A stretch of 64,000 nt of DNA, from assembly GCA_028534125.1 (NCBI GenBank), contig CM052837.1, forward strand, positions 36,208,001 through 36,272,000, read 5' to 3'. Position 1 is the first letter of the stretch, and the number at the start of each line of letters is the position of its first letter. Source of the DNA: Lama glama (lineage: Eukaryota). Of this stretch, positions 25,500-36,239 are shown one piece after another. A program made the translations under genes and the position numbers. The notes under the pieces were generated by a model. The model saw nothing but the letters and a program-made list of their open reading frames with translations. It was not told where the DNA came from and ran no database searches.

Positions 25500-26819
25500 G
25501 AATGCAGATAAATTCGTTTTTAATAAAGGGGTTAATTCTCTTCCAATCCTATATAAAACCATAGCGATTAAAAACTTCATTTTGAAAGTAAAATATTTAC
25601 ATATGAACAAGTAACTGTGCAAAATTTACATGAAAAAATGGAAAGACAGGATTTTCCTAAAAGACAAAATAAAAGGTGTAACAGTTTCCAGGTGTCGATA
25701 AAAAACACTATCAGCACTCAGTCCACACGCGCGCGGAGAGTCTAACGTGGGAATTCACACGGAGAAAGCCGGAGCATTTACAGTCATAAAAGTCCTATCG
25801 ATAGACAATTTAATACAATAACCTCTGAAAATATAAAGAACCAATTAGTATATTTGTAATAAAAAAATAGGTACAAAGAAGGGGCTTTTGCTCTGGACGT
25901 CTGTAAAGTGGGCCCACAGCTTGCATACAGTCTCTTAGCAAAATAATTATAGTTACACAGCCGTCTTCTGTCATGTGCCAAAAACTATGTACAGTTACCG
26001 ACAAAATACACCAGCCATTTTTCAACACTTGATTCACACTGAGAAACAGTCTCTTGATGATTCTTCTCAACTTTGATTTTATTTCATCTAAGTTTTCACT
26101 TTTAGCTAAAAAACACAGTGCAAGTAAAATAGATTTATGCTGAAAAGGTTTTCATTTCTTTTAACTTTACAGCTTTACAAACTATAGCAAATAAAATGCA
26201 TTTGTACAGATGCTGACCACACATTCAGAAGGAGCCGCGGCGCCGGCCCCGAGAAGCAGAAGGGAGGTGGGCCCCGAGGCGTGGGCAGCTGAGGAACGCC
26301 CACCTGCGCCTCGGGAATCCCGAACGGAGGGCGGGGGAGGGGCGACGATAAATAGTCTAAAAAATCAGTTTGCTTTGCCAACTGACTAATACAAAAATAA
26401 AATAAGTGAAATGAGGTCATCGGCTGTAGACACACACCTACGGAGTAAGTTGGGTTGAACTAAACCAAATGCACAAATGATGCAGAAACCGCTATGAGCT
26501 GACAGAGGGCAGCTAATTATTTGCTAAACGATTCCATCAGTTTTTATATATGGCTTGTTTGGCAAGAAGGCCACTCAATCAAAGATGAGTTAAGATTTAA
26601 TTGTCCTTTTAGAGTACCCACGGGCCTCTGTGTTCTCCGTTACAGAAACGTGTTTTCCTCCGTACAGAAGAGTTGACTTAGAAACAGGAATATAAAACTG
26701 CTCCATTGTAAAGAGGTGGCTGTTTTTTAAACAATATCCCATTTGCTTGTTACAAAAAGGCGTATCTGCAAACAAATGAAAAGTCCCCAGGCGTCTCCCT
26801 CTGAGAGGCCGTGTCCGAG
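25500..26819 (-). other. TAF4: TAF4 3'UTR (~1.3 kb, AT-rich)
   Basis: AT-rich block from stop codon to ATTAAA with a GU/U-rich downstream element; 3' end approximate. Confidence 0.8.
25519..25524 (-). terminator. TAF4: TAF4 distal polyadenylation signal ATTAAA
   Basis: minus strand tttATTAAAaacgaatttatctgcattcgtcttgcctgttttt; the AT-rich block ends here. Confidence 0.7.
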
Positions 26820-26987
26820 CTACTTAAGGAATGCTTTGTAGAGCAACAGTGAATGGCTTGTCTCGCGTTCATTTTCTAAACAAAATATGAGGTCCCTGAG
26901 GTTGACCCGCGTGATCCGCTGTCGCGTGAACTGTCTGGGGGTTCCGATGCCGGAGCTGCCTGGGACCGCCGAGCCTGGGCCCGAGCC
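26820..26987 (-). CDS. TAF4: TAF4 exon 15 coding part (GSGPGSAVPG...RQRITRVNLRDLIFCLENERETSHSLLLYKAFLK*)
   Basis: caccag acceptor, TAG at 26822-26820, 168 bp; conserved TAF4 C-terminus. Confidence 0.97.
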   Translation of the reverse strand, partial: GSGPGSAVPGSSGIGTPRQFTRQRITRVNLRDLIFCLENERETSHSLLLYKAFLK

Positions 26988-28484
26988 CTGGTGACGAGAA
27001 AGGAGAAGACAGCCGAGTTAGTGGTGGCAGGGTGGGCGTCAGAAGGAGGGGGCAGGGCCAGGTGCCGCCCCAGGACCGCGCGCCTGGGGTAGCTCATGTT
27101 TCCCTACAGGTGCCCCAAGGAGCCCTGATGCTGGAGGAAGCCAGGCCCGGGACAGGCTCCTTCCCGCAGGCCTACTGCGGGCGCTGACGTGCTTTACGAG
27201 TCCCTAATGGGGAGGGGTGAGAGCAGGGGCACGGACCCCCACGCCGACCTCCAAGACTGCTGCTCTCAGGCACACACGCTTGAGAGCACGAACCCCGTGA
27301 CGCCCCACAGAGCTCAGACTCTGGCCCCTGGGCGTGAGGAACGAAAAGGTGGTGGCGGAGGACGCAGAACAGCTCCGGGGCTTGCCGCTGGTGCCCCCGA
27401 CCTCCAGTGTCCAGCGTCTCAGGAGGGCTATGTTGCACCTGCGGCTGGCTGTGTCATCCCCACTTCGCTGACAAAGTCCAGACTCCTGGGCCAGGCAGGC
27501 TGGCAGTCGGCAGGCTGGGCCGCAGGACTCCGCGGTGACCACGGTCACCCATGGCCAGGAGGGAGCCCCCTGGGCTGACAGCAGCAGTTCAGCCGGCCTG
27601 CACCACGGGGAGCTGCCAGTGTTCTCCAGGACGTGGCGCGTGGCCCTCCGCAGCAGCGTCCTTCGGCGTGGCCCCGTCTCCATGGGACACTCAGGGGCCA
27701 AGGGCCCACATGCTTCCAGCTGGATGGCTCTCGCTCTTCCGTGCAGAATGAGAACTAAGTGTCTGGGTTCTGATGGTTAAAGTTGCTCGTGTACATTTCA
27801 AGTGCAAAACTTAGATCTGGCATTTTTACAGCATTTTCTCAAAGTCTAAGCAGGTGGCAGCAATGAGTTCTATGAGGCTGGAGGAGGCCGCGCAGCGAGC
27901 GGCCAGCAGGTGGCGGGCGAGGCCGGTCCCTCCACCGGGGGGCCCTTTCCTCCAGGCGCCGCGCTGCCCACGACAGGTCTTCGACCCTTACTTACAATTT
28001 CTTTACGCCCCCGGCAGACACCCTTAACCGCGGGGTCCCTCCTCCAGACCAGTCCTCTGGTGACTGCGTTTCCTTGTTTGGAACAACTATGTCAGTTTTC
28101 TTGGTTTTCCCTGAGTCTCCGTAACAGCCCTACTGCAGCACTGCGTGTATGAGACAGACAGCACCCTGAAAAGGCTGTGATGAAAACGTACAGTTTAGAG
28201 GAGCGCGGAGGAAAACGGGGCTCCGTCTCGGGAGCTGCTGTGCACCTGGGCTGCCCGTAGGCCGAGTCTCTAGTAAGACGGCTGGGCAGGGAGTGCAGGG
28301 GGGCTCTCCTCCTGCCTCCAGGACAGATGGACAGCGCCTGGCCTCGGGGCTCGGGGACTCTCCTGCCGCTCGGAGAGAATAAAGCACTACCTAAACAACG
28401 GGCCGGACGTCTTCAGTGGCACCTGCTGCAATTCTGGACCGGGTTTGACGTTCCTACTTGAAAAATAGTTCCACGGCCAAAAAT

Positions 28485-28605
28485 GGCTGGGACAAGGGTG
28501 AGGCGCTCACTTCAGGCACAGAATTTAAAGGATGCTACAAATCAGAAATCAAGGTAAGTAACATTTTAATGCAGAATTTTTTAGAAATCGAAAGTGGTGC
28601 CAGAA
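28485..28605 (+). mobile_element. MER96B-like hAT DNA transposon fragment
   Basis: acaagggtgaggcgctcacttcaggcacagaatttaaagg...aatcaaggtaagtaacattttaatgca resembles the recalled consensus. Confidence 0.5.
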
Positions 28606-30049
28606 AAGCCAGACAGGCAAGTGTCAGCACAGCCCACGGGGGAGGGGACGGCACTGTCACACGCGGACGGTTCTGTGGACGTTAATAAAAAGCCTGCGAT
28701 GCTTCAGTTACTTCTAATTCCACGAGGCGAGTGCCACCCTTTAACTGGATGGCTCTGGGGCGTCCTGGCCACGGGAAGGGGTCACAGGAACCCCGCGCCC
28801 AGCCTGGAAGTGGGAGAACCCAGCGCCCCATGGGGGAAGCCCGAGGGAGCGGCCAGCAAGGACCAGAGGCCACAGGAAACCGCAGGGCCGTGGGCGTCCA
28901 CCCAGGAGGGGGCAGGGTGGCGCCGACTCACACAGCATCCGCCCACAGGCGCAGGGGCGAGTCGGTCTGCTCTGTTCCGCTTGGTATCTGCAGGCCGTGG
29001 AGGAACACTAGCTTCCCCCCCCCAAGCGTTACTGTGAACACTCACTCAGCCCCGTCACAGGACTGTCCAAAGGGTCAACAAAAAGAGGCTGCTCCTTCCT
29101 CTGAAGGCAATCTCTCCACGGCCAGAAACGCCACAACCAACCTGACAGGCAACAAACATGAGATGTAGGAACCAAACAGAGAAGATCAGCTTCCATCCAC
29201 TCTCCACCTGGCTCACGGGGCCACTGTACTCGGGACCCCAGGGCTGTGCACAAGCGGAGCTGGCAGCTGGTGCTGGGAGCGCCGGCCCCGAGACTGCTGG
29301 GGGCTCCCGCTGCAGGGCCGTCTCTGCTCCCCTGGAGCCCACCGAGCAACGGCGGGGAAATGAGGGCGTCTCTACCCAGCCGGGCTGTCCCTGCGTCCCA
29401 GGCGGGGAGCAATTTGGGTCAAAGTGCCAACAGCACAGGCTCCCACGGGCTCGTTCTGCTCCCTGTGCGCAGCGTGGCTCCTAAACTCGTCCGCACCCGC
29501 CACGTCCTCATCGTGCACAAGGACACGGTGCAGAACAGCAGTAACAGAGACACTCGAGCACCCGGCTCGTGAGCACAGACGTCCCTCACCGCAGCCGAAC
29601 ACAAGGTCACCCAGTGCCCCCCCCAGTCTCCCCAAAACCATGCAGAACAGGAGGGGACACAGAGGCCTACTGGACGCACCGCCTCAGCACAGGTGAGGAC
29701 GAGGCGCACCCAGACTTCATGAGAAGCATTGACACATCCCAGGCGGGGTCCCACTGCGCCCCCACAAGGCCAAGCAGCAGAGACGGAGCCAGGAGGGGGC
29801 AAGGGGACTGGAAGGGCCAGAGGGGCTGGTCCTCCGCACCAGAGCGCCAGGCACCCAGAGCGGACGTGGAGGGGCGGAGCGAGATGTGAGACAAGCCCCT
29901 CGAAACTGGGCAGCGGCAGGGAGAGAAGTATTGGGGTGGAGGGTCCTGCAAGTCAGAGCCTCGCTGCCAAAACCGCAGACAGACATTTGGGGCCCCAGCG
30001 GACTCTGCAGAGCCGCCAGGAGGGGGCGCCATCACACCGGAGTCTTGTA

Positions 30050-33000
30050 AACACCCCAAACCACAAAAAAACGAAGGGCAAGGTAGCAAATCCATAAAGA
30101 GCCACTGCAAAAAATCAGAAAATGAAGTTCCACGCTTGTCAGAGACAAACAATCTGGAAAAAACAAGAAAACTGTAAGACAACACATCCAACAAAAAAAT
30201 AAACCTTTGAGGACACGAGAATCACCTGAATCAAAAACTCAAAACTTAGGGGGAAAAGGTGATAAATCACAGAGAAAAAAATGTGACAATAAGTGTGTAT
30301 ATGTCCATGAATGACTGAAAAATTGTGCTGAACACTGGAATTTGACACAACACTGTAAAATGATTATAAATCAATAAAAAATGTTTTTAAAAAATCCAAA
30401 AAAAAATAAATTTGAAAAATGGGGGTAAAAAAAAAACTTAGGGGGAAAAGGGATTAAAAACGAGAAGGAAATGAGAGTTGATTGACTCAAGGAAGAACGG
30501 GGTGGGGGCAAAATTACCTCAGAAATGAATATAAATGGTAAGGCGCTCAGGGGAGAAAAGACGCGAATGGAAGCGCAGCGAGAGGCAGAAGAGCACGAGC
30601 GCGGAGACGAGCCGGGCCCGGGACGGGCGGGCAGACGGGAGGCGCCACGGAGGACGCGCCCGGAGCCACCCGGGCCCCGGCTGCGCGGCCAGGGGGGAGG
30701 CAGGGGCGGCACCTGAGCTGCGATCCGGGGAACCGGTCAAGAAGTGGGAAAAACCAACCTACGTGGACTCAAAGGGCACCTGGGAAAATTATTAACCCGT
30801 AAAAGTCGACTTTGACACGGCCCCGTGGAACCGTCAGCTTCCCAAGCGGAAGGCCTCCAGGTGACAGGAGAACACTAACGGTGAAGGTGAGAAGGCCAGC
30901 CTGGCCTCAGGCTTCTCCGCCAACACAGGACGCAGCGGAGCAGCGTTAACACCCGCGGAACGCAAACGTGACCCAGCAATTTTACACCCAGCGTGGCTGT
31001 CCTCCACATCGAGCCACAGAAAACCCATTCCAACGTGAACCGCTCAGGGGACGCTGCCCCTGAGGCCTTCATGAGGGCTCCGCCACGCACGGGGGGTCAT
31101 CCCAGTGAGAAAGGGCAGGGAAACCGCAGGAAAAGACAGGCGAAGTCAGCACTTGTACAAACGTGCGTCCGGTGCCAGGGCGAAGGCAGGAGGCTGCGTG
31201 CGGGCGAGAGAGCAGAGCCGACGCAGCAGCAAAAGAAAGGGGCGGACCCAGCACGGAACGCGCGCCGGTGCCTCCACGCGTGGGGCTGCAGGAGAAGGCG
31301 GACCTGAGCCAAGACCCGGGGGCCGAGGACATCCAGAAAGGCTTCAGACACAAGTAACCCCTAGAACACGACGACACACGTCCCCAAGTAGAAACAAACA
31401 TTTCAGTTAAGGGGCAAAGAACACGCATCTCACAAACCCACCGCAGCAGCTGCGGAACAGACGCACGGAGGCCGGCCACGCCAGCTACACCAAGACAGGG
31501 GACGGGCTCACCTCGCCCGCGGACGGAAAAGCTCTCCAGCTGCAACTCAGAGAACAGGACCTGGCCGCGCAATCCACACGGGAGACACGCCTGAGGGAAC
31601 AGCTACGACCCACGGGGGAGCAGAGCCTCTCCTGGGCTGACGGAAACAGGACAAGGTAGCAGCCCCGACGCAGGTCAAAGGAGACGTGCAGCCCACTGGG
31701 CAAAGACAGACCCTTCTCAATGCTGGGAAGTCACAGCTCCCGGGAAGACGCAACACTGACAGACACTGCAATCCGTCACAGAGCAAGAACCACAGGAGGT
31801 GCCAGGAGATGACAATGGAAACACTGAGAACACAAGACTCTGGGACCCCACACCCAGCACAAAACACATCAAGTGGGCAGAAGTAAGCAGAGACAGTCGG
31901 CCTGGCCAGTGAGGGGCACGCTGCGTACACCCTGTCCTGAGACGACGCCTTGTTCTCAAGCACCCACAGCACATTCACCAAACAGAGCACCCACGGTGCC
32001 CCACAGATCAGCAAAACTAAAACCCACGCGCCTCGTGCCGTGACGCTGGGGGGGAGCCCTCTCCATCAGAACCACTGGCGGGTGCAAACTGGCACAGTCC
32101 CCGGGGGAGCTTGGCGATGCCCAAGGAAACTTCCTTTGCACCTACCTTCACTCCGACAGACACTCACAAGGTCACACGCCGCCCGCACACGAGGAAGGGA
32201 GGTAAACTAAGCTGCGCGGGCACCAAGAAGTACGCGCGGCTGTGAAAGAGACCGGGGAGCGTCTGCACGCACGAGGTGACCAGAGCACGTTCCAGAGCGT
32301 GGCCCGTGACAATGGCCAGCTGCGCCCAGTGCTCGAACACGACGCTGCCTTTGGAGAAAGGGGAAAGAAGAGTGCACCAGCGCGCCGAGCAGAGGGGCCG
32401 CACCCCGAGTGCTCGCTTCCAGCACCGCCGGGCTCTGACGGCAAGGCCCACGGGAGCCCGGTCCACACAAAGGGGCGGCAAGAAAAGCGCTCGTCTCAGG
32501 AACCCTGGGACGCAGAGTTCTGAGTGGACGCCGTACGGCTGGATGCAAAAAGCACTTTGCAGAAACACACTCCAGAGACTTCGTACGTTTCTTCCTCACA
32601 GGGCCTGGCAGCTCTGAAACTCCTTATCTACGAATTAGGACGAGACAAACAGCAGATCTACTGTGATCGTGAGAACCAGGCCTCTAGCGCAAGGACAAGG
32701 GACAGCCGTGGGGAGCCCTGCCACGTCAGGATGGAGTCTGAGATCGGAGTCTCAGCCCAGACAGACAGAAACACAAACACGGGGCTGGGGCTGCCCCTGA
32801 CCCGTAACCTGGCTGCCCCTTCAGGGGGCCTGAGCAGGACTGGCCACCCAGCGCCCAGACGCCGGTTCCTAAACATGAGCCCCAACAAAAGGAACCACGG
32901 CTCCTTAAGAAATGGTCATTTTCACTTTCGGCAGGAAAAATACACGGTAAGTCTGTGGAACGCATGTGGCGTGAAAACTGAGAAGTCTTCAGGAGGTGGC

Positions 33001-33100
33001 GCGTCACGTCAAGGAGACAGAGGAGCCACATTGAAGGAGCTGGCATTGGCAAAGGTGGGGCCACAGTGGCCCCACCACGGAGCGAAGCCGGTGCCCCCAA
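30050..33100 (+). mobile_element. Decayed old L1 pieces (ORF1, ORF2 endonuclease region, 3' UTR parts), antisense to TAF4
   Basis: A-rich strand asymmetry; L1-like motifs such as ttctcaagcacccacagcacattcaccaaacaga; boundaries approximate. Confidence 0.6.
30260..30432 (+). mobile_element. Young 5'-truncated L1 3' end with 19-bp target-site duplication
   Basis: L1 tail gactgaaaaattgtgctgaacactggaatttgacacaacactgtaaaatgattataaatcaataaa; perfect TSD aaaacttagggggaaaagg at 30241-30259 and 30433-30451; TC|AAAA insertion site. Confidence 0.85.
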
Positions 33101-33269
33101 ACAACTGCACGCTCTTCAAAAGCGTCCAGCCCAGGAAAGACAGGGCGCACGAGGACCCGCCACCGCCTGGGGGCGCTGTGCAGCCGTCGGCCCAAACGCG
33201 GGGGGGGCTCCTGGAGGGGTCCTGAGACAATCAAACCCGGGCAAGCGCCTGAGGAAGATACCACTGGTT

Positions 33270-34450
33270 GAAAGAAAAAAGAAAATCTCCTCCAGACTTA
33301 AGAGCTCTGAAAACTGAGCGGCAAGACAAACAACCCAATTAAAAAATGTATCAAAGATCTTGACAGATGTCTCACCAGAGAAGATGTTCAGACGGCAAAT
33401 AAGCACATGAAAGATGCTCCCTGTCGCGCGTCATCAGGGAAGCCCGAATTAAACCCACAATGAAATAACGCCGCACGCTCCAAACGGCCCAACCCAGAGC
33501 CCCGGCAGCACTGGGTGCCGGAGGGGACGCGGGGCGGCGGGGGCGCACTTGCCCGCTGCTGGTGGGAACGCGGACCAGAGGGGCCACTTGGGCAGTGTTT
33601 TACAAAACTAAACACGCTCTTACCACACGATCCAGCAACCGCGCTGCTTGGTATTCACCCAAAGGAGCTGAAAAGTCGCGTCCGCACGAAAACCTGCACA
33701 GAGGTGTTTACAGCAGCTGCATTCACAGCTGCCAAAGCGTGGAGTCAGCCAAGATGTCCTCCAGGGGTGAGGGGGCTAGTAACCAGCAGTCCACCCAGAC
33801 AGGGGAATGCTACTCCCTGATGAAAAGAAACAGCCATCGAGTCATGAAGAGACACGGAGGGACCCTGGATGCACTTAACTAAGTGAGAGAAGCCAGTCTG
33901 GAAAGGCTACAGGCTGTGTGACTCCGTCGATATGACATCCTGGACACAAAGACAAAACTTCAGAGACAAAAGGGCCAGTGGTTGCCAGGCTGGAGCGCGG
34001 AGGATTTTCAGGGCAGTGAAACCACCCTGCCTGACGTGGTGCTGGGTGCATGTTGTCACATACGTTTGTCCAAATCCATAAACGTACACACAGGAGTGAG
34101 GCCTGATGTAAACCATAGACTCTGGGTGATTACGGCGTGTCTATGCAGGTCTGCCTGCGACAAACACACCACCTGTTGAGGCTGCCACGCACATGTGAGT
34201 GGCGGGGCCTGTGGGAAGTCTCTGTGCTTCCCATTCAACTTTGCTGTGGACCTAACTTGCTCTAAAATATAGTTTACTAATTTAAAATTAAATTCTGAAA
34301 CACAAAATCAGATAAGGTCTCCAGTTAACAGCGCCATGCCCACGCCTCGCACTGCGGGGCTGAGCAAGGGGCGCACCGAAACGCTACTGTTTTGGGTAAC
34401 TTTTCTGCAAGTCTAAAACTAGCTCAAAATAAAGTGTTTTTTCAAAACAC
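33270..34450 (+). mobile_element. L1 ORF2 end plus 3'UTR (L1MC/MD-like)
   Basis: caacccaattaaaaaatg, ggcaaataagcacatgaaagatgctc, gatccagcaacc, ctaagtgagagaagccagtctggaaaggctac, ctttgctgtggacctaa. Confidence 0.85.
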
Positions 34451-35239
34451 CCTAGGGAAATAATCCTAAACTAAAAAAAGAAAAAGAAATTAAGCATTAT
34501 CTCTGATGAAAAAAGGCATATAAGACTTTTAAAGTTCAAGTTTCGTATTAATTGTTACACACGCAACACACAGGTGTCCCTAAAGTTCAAAACAGGCACA
34601 GGCGACAACGGGTGAAGCAGCTCCACCAGGACCTCTGGTGACGTGCCTCTCGCTGTCACCGAGGAGCCCTCTGTCCCCTCCCGACACGCCACACTCCTCC
34701 CCACACCCACGCCCGCCCTGTCAGTTTGGAAATGGGCACTTTTTCTATTCTTCAGAGGTCACCCTGGATATTTTAACACCTAAGGCAAAAGTTAATCACC
34801 ATGCCTTTCCCACGTGCCCACCCCTCCTAGCACAGAGACCCCAGCAGGCAAAGGGGTTGTGGAATTGGTTACATTGAGCAAAAGAGAATAATGGGAACAA
34901 GATTTCTCAACTGTCTGCGAAGGGCTTCCTGAGTGAGGAAAGGGGGAGGCTACAAAGAAGCCCTGAGGTGCTAGCCTGGAATCGGAGCATCTCAGACGCA
35001 GAGGGTTGTTTCAGATGCAGGAAGGGATACGCACACACACGCACGCACACGCACACACCTGCAGACAGACAACATCCCCGGGCTCTGACCGCTGAGGGGC
35101 CTGGAAGCAGGGCCCCCAAAGCAATGAGCACACACGGAGCTCAGACTTGGTCTCTAAGTTCCACCCTCCACTGCCAGGAGCCAGGCTCCTGGGGGTCACT
35201 GCTGTGAGGGCAGGGGGAGGCACAAGAGGCACCTGGACG

Positions 35240-36215
35240 CCTCTCGTGTCAGTAAAAACACAACGCTTGAAGGACGAGGGCAACATTTCAAAAGGATGTA
35301 GAAACCAGCGTGAAGACGCTTCCACTGACCAAATCTAGAAACAACGAGAGCATTGATCACAACCCTCCGAATGCAGCAGGAGTCCACGCGTCCACACGCT
35401 GACGGATGAGTGAGCAGACGAACGGATGAGGGGGGAGAAGCTCTTCTTTACAACAGAAGGCAGCCAATAAATGGGGACAGTGTGATGGAAACAGGCCACA
35501 CTCTGGCACCTACGCCTGCAGCCATTCCGCTGGGCACAGAGGCCAGGGGGAGGCGTGACGGGGGACAGTGTCTGCGTGATCCCGGAGCACCTCCATCCTA
35601 AAGGCCTAACAGTGACCGCACAGCGGAGGAAGCTGGCTTCCTTAACCAGCGACTTATCCAAGGGATCAAGACCAAGGTCACCAGTGGTAAGAAGGTCGAG
35701 ACCGTGGGCCACGCGTGTGACGGCTGAGCGGAGCGCCCAGCAGCACTGAGGCACTTCTGCCCAAGTCGGACAGACCACGGGGGGAAGGGCCACCCCACAG
35801 AACAAAGGCCTGTCCTCTGTCACGCCGTCAGGGATAGGGGCACTGGGGAGGGATTCAAACCGCACGCTAACTGGTGCCGCACACGCCTGGGTCACAAAGA
35901 AAGACCAGGACAGGCGGTCAGGGGTCAGGGGTCCGGGGCTCACTGGTGCCTCAGGGTCGAGTTCCTGACGGGCCAGGGGGTGGAGGCGGGTGCAGTAACA
36001 GAAGAGCGTGTCCAGCAGGGTCAGTATCGAGGGGTGACGGACGGAACAGCCCTTCAGAAAAAGATCTCATACCTGTTACATGTGGTATGTGCATGCACGC
36101 ACGCACAAACAGGGGGGTGTGTGTGTAAAAGGGGTGAAATGTTCAGAACTGAGAATCTGAACAAAGGTTCTTACAACTTTCTGTAAGTTTGAAACTATTT
36201 TAAATTAAAAGAAAG
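35240..36215 (+). mobile_element. Old L1 3' region (L1MC4/5-like)
   Basis: cttccactgaccaaatctag, gctcttctttacaacagaaggc, caactttctgtaagtttgaaactattttaaattaaaag. Confidence 0.65.
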
Positions 36216-36239
36216 GCATTTGGAAACTGTTATTTTATT

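Noticed and set aside
30013-33180. CTCF-like matches (CCAGGAGGGGGCGC ~30016; CCGCCTGGGGGCGCTG ~33163)
   Set aside because: Expected by chance in GC-rich DNA; cannot be supported without ChIP data
32524-33225. 233-aa ORF (likewise 37547-38242)
   Set aside because: Within decayed L1 sequence; GC shift removes stop codons; no intact ORF1/ORF2 motifs
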